Shown here piece by piece: positions 14,364 to 27,937 of a DNA stretch of 64,000 bases. Within the stretch, counting starts at the first letter, position 1. Each line of letters starts with the position of its first letter. The translations under genes and the position numbers were made by a program. The DNA is from the human T2T-CHM13v2.0 reference genome, Homo sapiens. The stretch is taken from the NCBI RefSeq assembly GCF_009914755.1, contig NC_060936.1. One strand, 5' to 3'. The notes beneath the pieces were generated by a model. It was not told where the DNA came from. It ran no database searches and saw only the letters and a list, made by a program, of their open reading frames with translations.

Positions 14364-16397
14364 TGAGTAGTATCAAAATTTTCCCTGAAATTCATTCAAG
14401 TTAATATTCTGAAAGAAAGAATAAACCCAAAACTACTTTACACTGCAAGATTGATTACCAAGCACCTACCACAATGCCTAGTACCTATGAACTAACCATA
14501 AATATCTGATTATTTTCTGGTTCCCAATTTTCAATATATAATTCTTTCAAACCTTCATTCATTCCTAGTTTATTGGTACTATAAAATTAGGCACAACGAG
14601 CACAAATAAAAATTATTCTATAAACAAAAAATCAAATGTGGAAAAGGAAACAGGTTTATTATATATCATGCAGCATGAATCTGGAACAATAATCTTTGTT
14701 AATCAAATACTCTTGCTTATTCTATGTGATACTAATAAAAAGTTTAAAAACACTCTGATCAACCGATAATTAAGAGACATCAAACTAATTTTTAAGGGAT
14801 TAGATCACAATCCCTATTTAAAATAATATGAAAAATTATTTTTTATTCAAATCCCCATAAGGAGCAAGGGCATAAATAATTATAATCATTCTTGCACAGC
14901 CAAAGACAGAAAGTGGTTATAAAAGACCACATTTTAAAACATCCAATGCCCATATATAATTTAACTAAGACTATATTGACAATGCTAGGTGGAAAACAAC
15001 TCAAATTTTATACAGGTAGAAAGTATGGCCAAAATTATGAAAAGCAAAATTATATCCTTATTTAGCATCTAAAATCATGAAGATTTTAATATTCTGACAG
15101 TAGAGTTCATTTAAAAATATATGGCTATAAAATGCATTTACACAACAGTTAAATCTAGCTGCTTTTCACATTCACTTCATGTTGTACCATAAAATAAAGA
15201 CATAATTTCCATAGTACAGACAAGAATGAAGACAAGCAAATTTAAATGTCTTGCCTGCAATGACACGTCACAGAAGTGGCATTGTATGAACACTCCATTC
15301 CTTATTTTTACTTTCTACACTTAATCTTATGACCTCTACCTCTCCATAGGCGAAGGATAACAGAAGAATGATAGATTTATTTCTTCCCGGCCTCTGTTCC
15401 ATTTTGGATATGTGAGGGTGAATAGAAGGGAGTAATCCAAAATCCATGACCTATGCTGTAATGCCAGCTGAGCTATGTTCACAAACAGAAAAAGAGAATG
15501 AGAGATGGCTCCTGGCCAGGAAAGTCTGACTCACTAATGATACAAGTACTCTTTGAGCATCTTCTGGGAAACATGGCGGCATTTCAGGTGTTGCCAAACC
15601 AAAACTTCAACTAATATAGGGAATTCAAGCAACTCCAGGTATGTGTGTGAGTGTGTTTGCAAGCATCGTTGGAGAAGATGTACCTTGTTTAACATGTATG
15701 TACCTTAATAATCTTTGAAAAATGCCACTTTAAAATCATACAACTTGCAATCTACCAACTTGCTATCTTAAATATTTAGAAAGGAGATGCAACCCAAAGG
15801 CTATTTTGATAAACAACTGGACAAAATATGTACACTAACACTAAAAACTATTAAAGATTTCATTGAAAATGTTTGCCTAAATCGTACAATCTCATTTTAT
15901 CATGTAGTCTGTTGCCACGACACTTACAGAAGCCAGTAATTAACTCAGGATTCCAGAGTGAAAGATAGAAAGCTCAATGAAAGCTATTGTCAATTTGATT
16001 CTATAGTAAAACGTTCAGGACTTTCTCAGAGAGAGCCTCAGCTAAGCCATATTACTTATCATTGCCATGCAGCAAATACCAACTCCAGTGTTGGACTGGA
16101 AATTTATAACTTACATAAGACAGTCAATGTCATTCAATCCATGATGTATTTATAAGTTAATGTATTTATAAGGATTCTGACACATAAATATTATTAAGCA
16201 CTTTAACCTAATAAATAGTGCTCTTCCACAGCCATCTGTTCTATGGGACAATTACAAAATATGATTTTGGTCAAATGCTCAAACTACTTGCTATCTACAA
16301 TACTAAAAAAAAATATGAAGAATTATTCAATTTTTAAAAAACTTTTTAAATTTCCATTTAAAAAATTCAACTACAGACTATAAAATAAGATACTGCA

Positions 16398-16695
<298 letters not shown>

Positions 16696-17629
16696 AGATA
16701 CTGCAAAAAGAGAAGAAAATTATATCACTGTTTTTTCAAAATGCAGTTAAAAAAGAATTCAATGCATCAAGAAAATCTTTCAAATGTGGCCACATCTCTC
16801 CTTAAAACAATATCCTATAACAACATCATGTCATCATGTTTTCCTATGTGTTCCAGGACACCAGGAAGTCTTCCTAGCATGCAATGGTGCTAGACTGATA
16901 ATCTTTACACAAACTTCTATTACATTCATTAAATCTGCTCACTGGTTTATTCAACAAATATGTACCAGGAATTACGTTCCAATTTTAGTGTATGTGCTGC
17001 CAAAGCGAGCACATGTACCAGGCATTACGATGGTCCTGGAATTACAATGATGGGCAAAAGTCAGATGCAGGTCCTATCCCCATACAGTTTATAATCTGCT
17101 GGGAGCTTCTATCTAAGTCCTATTCAAAAACCCTCTAAGATCCCAACTACCTATGAAGCCCAAACTACTTAGCCTAGTGTTTAAGCTCCAAGAGGCCCAA
17201 ATGTTCATTTTCAATCAATTTCTCATCTTTAACTCTTCCCCAATACACATCTCAAACTTCCCTACTGTAGATCCTTGAATGTGCAGTTACACGCACATGC
17301 TTGTCCTGACATAGCCATGTATCCAAATTCTATCTACCCTTTAAGGTTATTATGCCCAAAAATCAACTCGTCCTCAAGGCTCAGCCTCTCACATAAAACT
17401 CCAGTAATACCATGGGCCCCACATAGGAGACTTTACTTTCTACCCTTTAACAATGCTCTGTGTGTATATACTCTCTCTTCTACTAGGTTCTGAGCTCCTG
17501 AAATGCAAAAATGTTTCCAATTCATTTCTGTATTCTACATAGCACCTAAAATAATAGAGGCTCAAATAAATGGTGGTAATTCTAAATATAAGAAATCATG
17601 TAACAATGGTAACACCTTACCGTTTGGGG

Positions 17630-17967
17630 TTTGTTGTTTGTTGTTGTTATTGTTTTGTTTTGTTTTTGAGACAGGGTCTCAATCTGTCACCCAGGCTGGA
17701 GTGCAGTGGCACAATCTTGGCTCACTGTAGCCTTGACCTCCGAAGCCTAGCTGATCCTCCCACATGAGCCTCCCAAGTAGCTGGGACTGCAGGCACACGC
17801 CACTATGCCCAGCTAATTTTTTAATTTTTTTGTAGAGATAAGGCTTCACCATGTTGCCCAGGCTGGTCTCCAATACCTGGGCTCAACTGATACTCTGGCC
17901 TCAAGCGATCCTCCCACCTCAGCCTCCGAAAGTGCTGGGATTACAGGCGTGAGCCACCAAGCCCAAC
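17630..17967 (-). mobile_element. AluJ with a small internal duplication in the left arm
   Basis: TSD ACACCTTAC; repeated CTGG(G/C)CTCAA..GAT segment near 17877-17911. Confidence 0.88.
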
Positions 17968-19557
17968 ACACCTTACATGTATAAAGCTTGAAGGGTGCTT
18001 TTAAAGCATCCTCTCGTACACCATTTGATTGTTATGACATAATACTATAATTCTAAATGTGTGGGCAACTGAGCTGAATCAGTACTGACCCCAGGACATC
18101 CCATTAAAGTGTTTTTGCTATGTGCTAAGTTAGCACATTGTCTCAACCATACTGGGAATCAAATAGATATATCTGTGTATATTGGGACTAATCACTGATA
18201 TTGCTGTATTTAAGTCATTTAACCTTTTTTTCACAAAATGGTATGTGCTTACTGGGGATGAGGGGGTACTTTTAAATCTGTTTCAGGGCTCCAACTGAGT
18301 TCTAGTTAATAAAGCCTTTACCATAGTGATGAGGATAACTGCTCCCAGCCACCTCTGCTACCCAAATCAAGAGCCCCTTTGTTATACTCTTCATGAAACC
18401 AATAAATGGCATGACAAATGTTTCCAAAATAGGAGTTATTGTCAACAAACGCTATTACCTCCCTAAACAATCAGAGTTGTATGTAATTTGTCCAAGGATG
18501 CCAAGGCAAGCAACCTTTTCGTTATAAATATCTACTAGGCTACTTTTAAGATAAGCTAAAAAATATAGTGCCTGAAATTTAACTGAGAGTATCGAAATTT
18601 TTCTCCTTTAGACTAAATATATTTCAAAGTGAATAACATGCCTTATTAAAAGTAGCAAACACCAAAGCAGCTTACATTTAAACAAGTTCAAGATTACCTG
18701 TGAAAAATAAAACAATCTTAATGAAGAGACCTCATGTTGAATAGGTTCACACTTCCCTTATTCAAGCAGTCTTTCCACAAATATTTACTTTTTTTCTCTT
18801 GTGTCAGAAAGTAAGCCTTCAAGATTAGCAAAAAGTCTTACTTCCCCCACGTGCTAGCAAAGTCAAAAATAAAAGTAATTTTTAAAAAAGAAAATATTTT
18901 GCATATGACATTATATAAATATGAGGAAAAGACTAACAACAGATTTATGAACACTCTAACCTTCCTTTTACCATCATATACATACAATCTTTTTCAACAC
19001 AAAGCCACTTCATCTTTATCTAATTTTTATCTTTTTTTTTTTTTTTTTAAATCAAGCCAGTTCTGCTGCATGATTAACTGTTTACTGCAGGGTATTATTC
19101 TACCACAATACCCTGGCAACCAGCTCATATTCAGTTACACTATCACAGCACAAAAAAAAGAGAGGGAGAGAGAGAACTAATTGTATGATCATGTGGATAT
19201 TGTAGAAGCCCTTTAGTTCAATCCTAGATGGGCCTCAAGAGGATAATGCTTATTCTGTTGAACTCACTGCCAAATCCCAATATGAAACTGCCAGGATCAA
19301 AACAAGACCCAATTATACTAAGAGTGCATTTTATCAACGTCGGGTTTATAACAAATAGGTATGTGGCCCTGTACTTGTGCAAAATTGTTCAAAAATATTT
19401 ACATAGATGGAGCTTAAAGAAAATTATGGAACACTTACTGGCCATAATGATATTCAATGAGAATCTCTTCAGGTAGCATCCAGACAGCAGCTCAGTCATG
19501 AAATGCTTAAAGCAACAGAATCCAATTTCATGATGTTCTATACTTAAAACAGATTTC

Positions 19558-19856
19558 GGCCAGGAGTGGCGGCTCACGCCTATAATCCCAGCGCTTTGGG
19601 AGGCCCAGGAGGGCAGATCACTTGAGGTCAGAAGTTTGAGACCAGCCTGGCCAACATGGTGAAACCCCATCTCTACTAAAAATACAAAAACTAGCCAGGT
19701 GTGGTGGCACACACCTTTAATCCCAGCTACTTGGGAGGCTGAGGCAGGGGAACTGCTCGAACTCCGGACGTGGAGGTTGCAGTGAGCAGAGACTGCACCA
19801 CCATACTCCAGCCTGGGCAACAGAGTGAGACTCCATCTCAAAAAAAAAAAAAAAAA
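19558..19856 (+). mobile_element. AluS
   Basis: Full dimer with A tail. Confidence 0.92.
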
Positions 19857-20314
19857 CACCACAGATGCCTACACTATCTGGGTTTTTTAAGAGGAAAAAA
19901 ATATTTACGTGTTATTTCTACCATTAAGGTTTTTTTTTTTTAACCTTAGGCCCAATGATACTTATAGCTGAGTATATCAAGTTTTAATTTCCATTTGCTC
20001 AGCCATCATAAAACAATACCAAGTGGAAACCATCTGTAATTACATTTTCAAACACTAATTCACAGAAAGTTAAGCAGAGAGATCTATACATCAGTTTAGT
20101 CTATTATACTTTAAGCAGATCCAGAGACCATAAAACAACTCAAAGGTAGCCTTCTGCTTCACCAATAGTTTTCCCATTCTTTCGCTATTTATCTCTGATT
20201 TTTCAATATCTGGGCTATGACAACAGATCTCTACGAAGAAAAAATAAGGGGTAAAGAAGATCTCCAACGATAGCAGATATGTAATTCCAGCTTATCAACT
20301 ACCTCAATAAGATA

Positions 20315-21288
20315 TAGGAATATCTCATTTTATTGCATTTCACATTGTTTCGCTTCACAGATGCTGCATTTTTTACAAATTTAAGGTGTGTAGCAACCCT
20401 GTGTCGAGCAAGCCTATCAGCGCCATTTTTCAAAAAGCATGTGCTCAATTCTTGTGTCTGTGTCACATTTTGGTAATTCTTGCAATATTTCAAACATTTT
20501 CATTATTATAATATCTGTTATGGTGGATCTGTGATCAGTGATCTTTGATGTTACTATTATATTGTTCAGGGGCACCACAAACCACACCCATATAAAACAG
20601 CAGACTGAACCAATTGATCACTATTGTATGTGTTCTGACTGCTCCAGGACTGGCTCCTCCCCATCTCTCTTATTCTCCTCAAGCCTAGTTGCTAGAAACA
20701 ATATTAAAGTTAGGCCAATTAATAACCCTACAATGGCCATTAAATGTTCAAGTGAAAAGGAAGAACTGCCCATCTCTTACTTTATATCAAAAGTGAGAAA
20801 TGATTAAGCTTAGTGAAGAAGTCATGTCGAAAGCCAAGATAGGCTGAAAACTAGTGCTTTTGAGCCAAGAAGCCAAGCTGTGAATGCAAAAAAAATAAAT
20901 AAATAAAAAATTTAAAAAAATCTTGAAGGAAATTACAAGTGCTACTCCAGCAAACACATGAATGATAAGAAAGTGAAACAGGCTTATTGTTGATATGGAG
21001 AAAGTCTGGGTGGTCTGAAAGATCACACCAGCCACCATACTCCCTTAAGTCAAAGCCGAATCCAGAACAAGGCACAAACTCTCTTCAATTCTACCAAGAC
21101 GGAGAGAGGTGAGGAAGCAAACCTGGGAGCTAGCAGAGGTTGGTTCATGAAGATTAGGGAAAGATTCCATCTCCCTTACATAAAGACACAAGGAGAAGCA
21201 GCAAGTGCTGATGAAGAAGCTGCAGCTTCTCTATTCAGAAGATCTTGCTAAGATCATTAATGAGGTGGCTACACTAAACAACAGGTTT
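20315..21288 (+). mobile_element. Tigger1 5' part (left TIR and decayed start of the pogo-like transposase)
   Basis: TA|(C>T)AGGAATATCTCATTTTATTGC...GCAACCCTGTGTCGAGCAAG...GTCACATTTTGGTAATTCTTGCAATATTTCAAAC matches the Tigger1 5' end. A disrupted transposase remnant starts near 20733 and is truncated at an Alu. Confidence 0.85.
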
Positions 21289-21289
21289 T

Positions 21290-21487
21290 ATTTTTTTCTT
21301 TTCTAGAGATAGGGTCTTACTGTGTCACTCAGGCTGGACTGCAGTGGCACAATCATAGCTCACTGCAACCCTGAACTCTTGGGCTCAAGTAATCCTCCCA
21401 CCTTAGCCTCCCAAGTAGTTGAAACTACAAGGCGAACACCAACCATGCCCAACTACTGCTTTTCTTTTCTGCAGAGACAGGGTCCCA
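21290..21487 (-). mobile_element. Partial AluJ
   Basis: Reverse complement of the right arm and linker. Confidence 0.8.
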
Positions 21488-21909
21488 CTGCAGAAGAGGA
21501 CACTCGTTCATGACCCACTAAGATCCATTCCCCACTTCCTCTTTCCTAAGAAAACCCTAGTTTTATTTTAGGGAATTTTTATTTCATCTCCTATATAAAA
21601 TAATGTGAACAGTACAACCAACCTAATGCCATTTATACACGTCAGCAATGAATTTGCTTATAAGCAGAAGGTGTTATTCCCTATAAATGTGTAGCTCTAC
21701 TCCATTCAATGTTAATGTTCTAATATATAATTCTTTCTCGAATTATTTAGGCCCTAAATTCTACCAATATTTAAACCTTTTCTTCAATTTTCCACATTCA
21801 GATTCTTACCTCAGCCTCCCTAAGAAATAAAACTAAGAAAATATTTTGCTAAGCAAACAAAAAAACCCTTTACCTATATCACTATGCCATCTTAATGATC
21901 AACAACCTC

Positions 21910-22047
21910 TTTTTTAAATTTTTTTTTAACAGAGATGGTATCGCACTATGTTTCCCAGGCTGGTCTCAAAGTTCTGGGCTCAAGCGATCCTCCCTCCTCA
22001 GCCTCCCATAGTGCTGGGATTACAGGCATGAGCCATCACACCAGGCC
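21910..22047 (-). mobile_element. FLAM monomer
   Basis: Single monomer; ACA(A/G)CCTCTT direct repeat. Confidence 0.8.
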
Positions 22048-23092
22048 ACAACAGCCTCTTCTAAATCTTAAAGTTTTCTATGAAAGTACAAGCTTTTGAA
22101 ATAAAATATACACAAATGGTGAGGGGGGCATCAAACATGGCTACACTTAAAAATGTTAGACTAAACACTTATCTACCAGTCACAATGTATTAATCATAAA
22201 AATTACTCACATTTTAAAAAACAATATACCAAATAACAGTTAATCTAGTGTTAAGACAATTTTCAACACTATTTGTTCCAATGGTGACTCTAACATCTCA
22301 TTTAAGAGGATTTTACTCAGGTTTACTTTATATAAGTAGGTGATTTCATATCAACGCAAAACATTAGGCCATAATAACTATACTTACCAACAAACTGAAA
22401 ATTATAACTTTTTTTTACCAATTCTTTAATTTTCATATCATTAGAACATAAGCCCTTTACATGCTACTTTAACACAATCTCAGTATGTCTCATTTTTCAT
22501 AGAAAAAAACTAATTACATGGTTCAGTAAGTTGCCTGTGGTAACACATCGATTTTACTTACACTCAAAAGATAGACTTTAGCTTGTTCTCTCAATTTCAA
22601 GCATATTTACCTTAATAATTTTATCTAATTCACTAGATCTTTTTCAATTCTTCATCTGAAAGAACTGAGATTATGATCTTACCATAATTTTACAATATGA
22701 ATGTATTATTTATCAGTCTTAATAAGTATGTTATTTTTCCTTTCAAGTATATAATTACACATTAAGTCTAATATTTAGTAAGTATGCACTAGACCCATTC
22801 AGATAATCACCCAATGAAAAACTTACTACTTTATAGCTTTGGCAAACTCATTCTTTCAAATAAAACAGAAAAACAGAACAGTAATGTAATTATTTAAAGA
22901 ATCAGGAAATTTACATCAAAACTTGAATAATTCAGATCCAAGAAAAATAAAAGTATACTTTATAAACTACTTAGACCTAGCTGCCATTTATCACTGGATA
23001 TGTGTTTTTCCTGAAAGTACTTGTTTCTCATGAAATACAAATGTATTCTTCATTATTATCCACAAAATAATGACAAATATGAAAGGTAAAGT

Positions 23093-23399
<307 letters not shown>

Positions 23400-23403
23400 T
23401 TAC

Positions 23404-23593
23404 TTTTCAGGTGCACTGTGATACCAATCTAAAATACTACAAATCTACAATGCTGCTGCAAAATGGTATCATTCATGTTTTCAAAATCACCAGAATTCCA
23501 TACCTGAAAAATAAATAAATCCAAATACTGCAAATACAATTCCTTTCCAATTCAGTCAGGGATTAATTTCAATGACTCACAAATTTAATACCA
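23404..23593 (-). other. Candidate cryptic/poison exon cassette in MED13L intron 2 (90 nt + 100 nt joined by an AG|GT site)
   Basis: Acceptor TTTTTCTATCTTTTTTTTTAG|TGG (exon starts 23593); dual site ATTTATTTTTCAG|GTATGG (23504/23503); donor GAAAA|GTAAGT (exon ends 23404). Confidence 0.55.
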
Positions 23594-24189
23594 CTAAAAA
23601 AAAAGATAGAAAAACAGAGTGAAAATGAGTCAAAGATCAGATTTTCTCCTTGAAAGAAATTTTCAAAATGACAAGAGATAATCTTATTCCTGTCAATTTA
23701 TATATAAAATAGTCATTACTTTTCCAGAAAGCAATTTTTTAATTTCAACTGATAATAAATTCATGTATAATACCGATGAAATTATTTTTACCATTTAGTT
23801 AAGGATAACCAGAAACCATCAAAAATCAATTGAAAGTTCACAGACTCTAAGATACACAGTAATATATTCCTACATACATTATTGTCTATGATTTTGGAAA
23901 ATTCAATGTCAACACTTCTCTTTTTAGGTATGCTAAGCAATAGGGGCTATTCATTTTCATAGTGTGACATTGCCATTATAATTTGCCTTTGGTAGATCTT
24001 CAATATTTTATTCTCTTCTCCTCTTGAACTCTGCTGTGACTTAAAAATGCAGTCTTCATGTGATCTCAACTGATTTTCTAAAAGCAGGTGATTCCGGAAT
24101 TTTTCGGTTGGTTTAAACAGGCTCAAAATTAGGCTCTTTTGAGGAAAGAGATATTCACACAATCTCAAAGTTTCATCCCAAATTTACTT

Positions 24190-24790
24190 AACAATTACAA
24201 AAGGAAAGGATATCTTTACACTGGAGAAATCTGGCAGACACTACCTTAATCAAGGGATCAAGCTCAGTACCATCAATATTGAGACAAACTGACATGACCT
24301 GTTTCTGATGTGATGCCGTGGAAAGGACACAACATCACCTACTCAGTATTCTTGCCAAATATGTTTATCCTGACTCTAACTGTAAGAAAACAATTAGACA
24401 AATTCAAAATGTGGGATATTTTACAGGACAACTAAACTGCTCCCTTCAAATAACATCAATATCATTGATCCCCAAGACAACTTCAGGAATATTCTAAATG
24501 AGAGGACACAAGCCATCTAAAAATGTGTGATCCTGATTGCATTCTGGATCAGAGAGAGAGAAAACTATAAAAGGTATTGCTAAGACAATTGGGAAATTTG
24601 AATATGGACTAAATATTAGATAATTTAATTATATCGATATTAAATTTCTTGAGCATGCCAAAAGTGCTCTGGTTACGTAAAAGAGTGCTTCACATTCTCA
24701 TTCACAGGACTTAAATGCTGAAGTATTTAGGGGCAAAGGTCCGTGAAGTCTGAAAATTGCCTCAAATAGTTTAGGTGGAAAAAGAGGCAT
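24190..24790 (+). mobile_element. Old L1 (L1ME-like) 3' fragment
   Basis: TTTACACTGGAGAAATCTGGCAGACACTACCTTAATCAAG...GGGAAATTTGAATATGGACT...TGCTGAAGTATTTAGGGG motifs typical of L1M 3' ends. Confidence 0.6.
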
Positions 24791-25780
24791 ATGCATATAA
24801 GTGTGTAAATATATTTAAAAATAAAAAGCTAGGAGGAGTGGAGAAGCTAGGTTCTTGCTTGGAGTTATCTAAACAAAGGTTTTATCAATCCCACCATTTG
24901 GAATTGTAGACTGTAATCTATAGATACAGATTACAAAACTAAAAAAATCCAGCCTTCCCACACTCCTACAAAATGCCCACTTGCAATGAGTTCAATAAAC
25001 AATAGTACTAGTATCTTAAATTATCTTACACCGTGGTCACTGTCAGAAAACAGTTCCATTTTTCCAGGCTCTCTTATGTCTAATGTTTTTACAATCGCCC
25101 ACACCTCCTGGCACAGGTGGCAGCACTCTTAAAAATAGAAAAAGCAATATTTATGTCTCTAAATTCACAACAAAGGGTAATAACTGCCAATCTACCCCTG
25201 CACTGACAATAAAACCAATTCAGAAGACTTCTGATACTGTTATAGGGACAATCATTTTTAGAGTTGTACAGATGTATCCTTAATTTATATGTCTAATAAT
25301 CAAAAAAAGAGACAACATAAATTTTAAAATTGTAGACAGTGCATATTTAGTGCTAAATATTTGTGGTAGAAAATATACCCCAAAAATTGGCTATTTCTAT
25401 CCCCTTGGGAATTAAAACCAGAAATAATATGCTTTATTTTAACTAGGCTTCAATATCCTCGCATTATCAAATCATTAAAAATTTTCACAAATTTATTATA
25501 AGTCAATCTGCCGGGAGTGCAATACTGCGCTACATTAGAACCTCATAAAATACGTTTCATTAACTGATTCGACAAACATTCTTAAGCACATACTAGGCTG
25601 AATCTGATACTTCTCCTTCTGGACCAGAGATTTGTAATGCTTTGGGGCAAGCAATTGGCAGTTCTGTGCTTGCTCTCTGTACTATTTTGGGTTTTCCAGA
25701 TTGCATGTCTTTCCCACCACTAACTAACAGGCAGTGAATTGGCGAGAATATTGTGTTTATTTAAAAAGCATTTGTTGCCA

Positions 25781-26139
<359 letters not shown>

Positions 26140-26599
26140 CTAAAACTTAAATTAAAATGTAGAATTTAGTCAAGCCAAAACAGCAAAGGTATAATAAAAG
26201 TGTTAAAGACTATTAATATGAATTATAGTATATAATCATTAGTATTTTTAATTTAAATACATCTGTATCCTGAACAGAATATTTAAGTTTATATTCCAAT
26301 TTAGAATTTTAAAATCACAATATTATGGTTTCCCTGTACACATTAATCCTGTATTATTACTAAGTTAATCTTCCTAATTATATCGCTTTCCTGATCAGAA
26401 ATGTTTAATTCCTCAAAATCTATCAAATTAAGTCTAAATGTCTTATCCTTGGTTCTGTGTACTCCATACTATGACCCACCTACTCAGCCTTTTAGAGGGG
26501 AGACTATTTCACTCCTACCCTAAGCCCCAGGTAACCTGTTCTTGCCACAATTCATTCGCAGCCTGTAGGTCTTTGCACAGTAGCAGTAGCAATAGTTAC

Positions 26600-26790
26600 A
26601 ATTATAGATTAACTGCTATATATGCTGCTCTAAGTACTTTTAATTTTTCTTAACCTCATAACCTAATTCACAGTGAGAAAACTGAGGCACAGTTTAAGTT
26701 AAATAATTAGATCAAGAATACACAGCTAGTGACTATGCAAGCATTCAAACCCAAGCAACCCAGAGCCCGTGCTCTGAATCACTACACCAC
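26600..26790 (-). mobile_element. MIR
   Basis: GAGAAAACTGAGGCACAG core, ATTCAAACCCAAG...CAGAGCCCGTGCTC. Confidence 0.7.
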
Positions 26791-27188
26791 ACGCATTAAC
26801 AATTCCCCAGACAGGAACCCAAGTGTTTATCCAAGTGACAAGGACAGATTATAAATGTGTTATAGCCTTCTCTCAGACTATTTCAGAGATATGTCAAGCA
26901 ATTAAACAAAAAGTATAATATCATAAAACTAACTTGTGTGTGTACCCTGTAGGATTATTCTCATTTTATGGGATACTTTATACATTTAAATGCAAGATGG
27001 TTGCTTTGGTATTACATCTCACCGTGAGGTTTCTTGGTAGGACGCTATTTGGAGTACGCTATGAAGACAAAGGGAAATGCCAAATAACTAAAAAGCAATT
27101 TAAGAAACAATAAAATGCCTCTATTAAAAAAAATGTTAAATAATGGTAATGTCATGCTTAATTTAAGCCAGCTAACAGGATTCTGCTA

Positions 27189-27504
<316 letters not shown>

Positions 27505-27606
27505 AGGAAATGCCAAATAACATAAATAAGCAGCAATGTAAGAAACAGTAAAATGTCCCTATTTAAAAAATGTTACAAATAATGGTAATCTCATGCTTAA
27601 CATTAA

Positions 27607-27937
<331 letters not shown>

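Noticed and set aside
20733-21288. Possible domesticated Tigger transposase gene
   Set aside because: Frameshifts, stops and 3' truncation; no catalytic domain.
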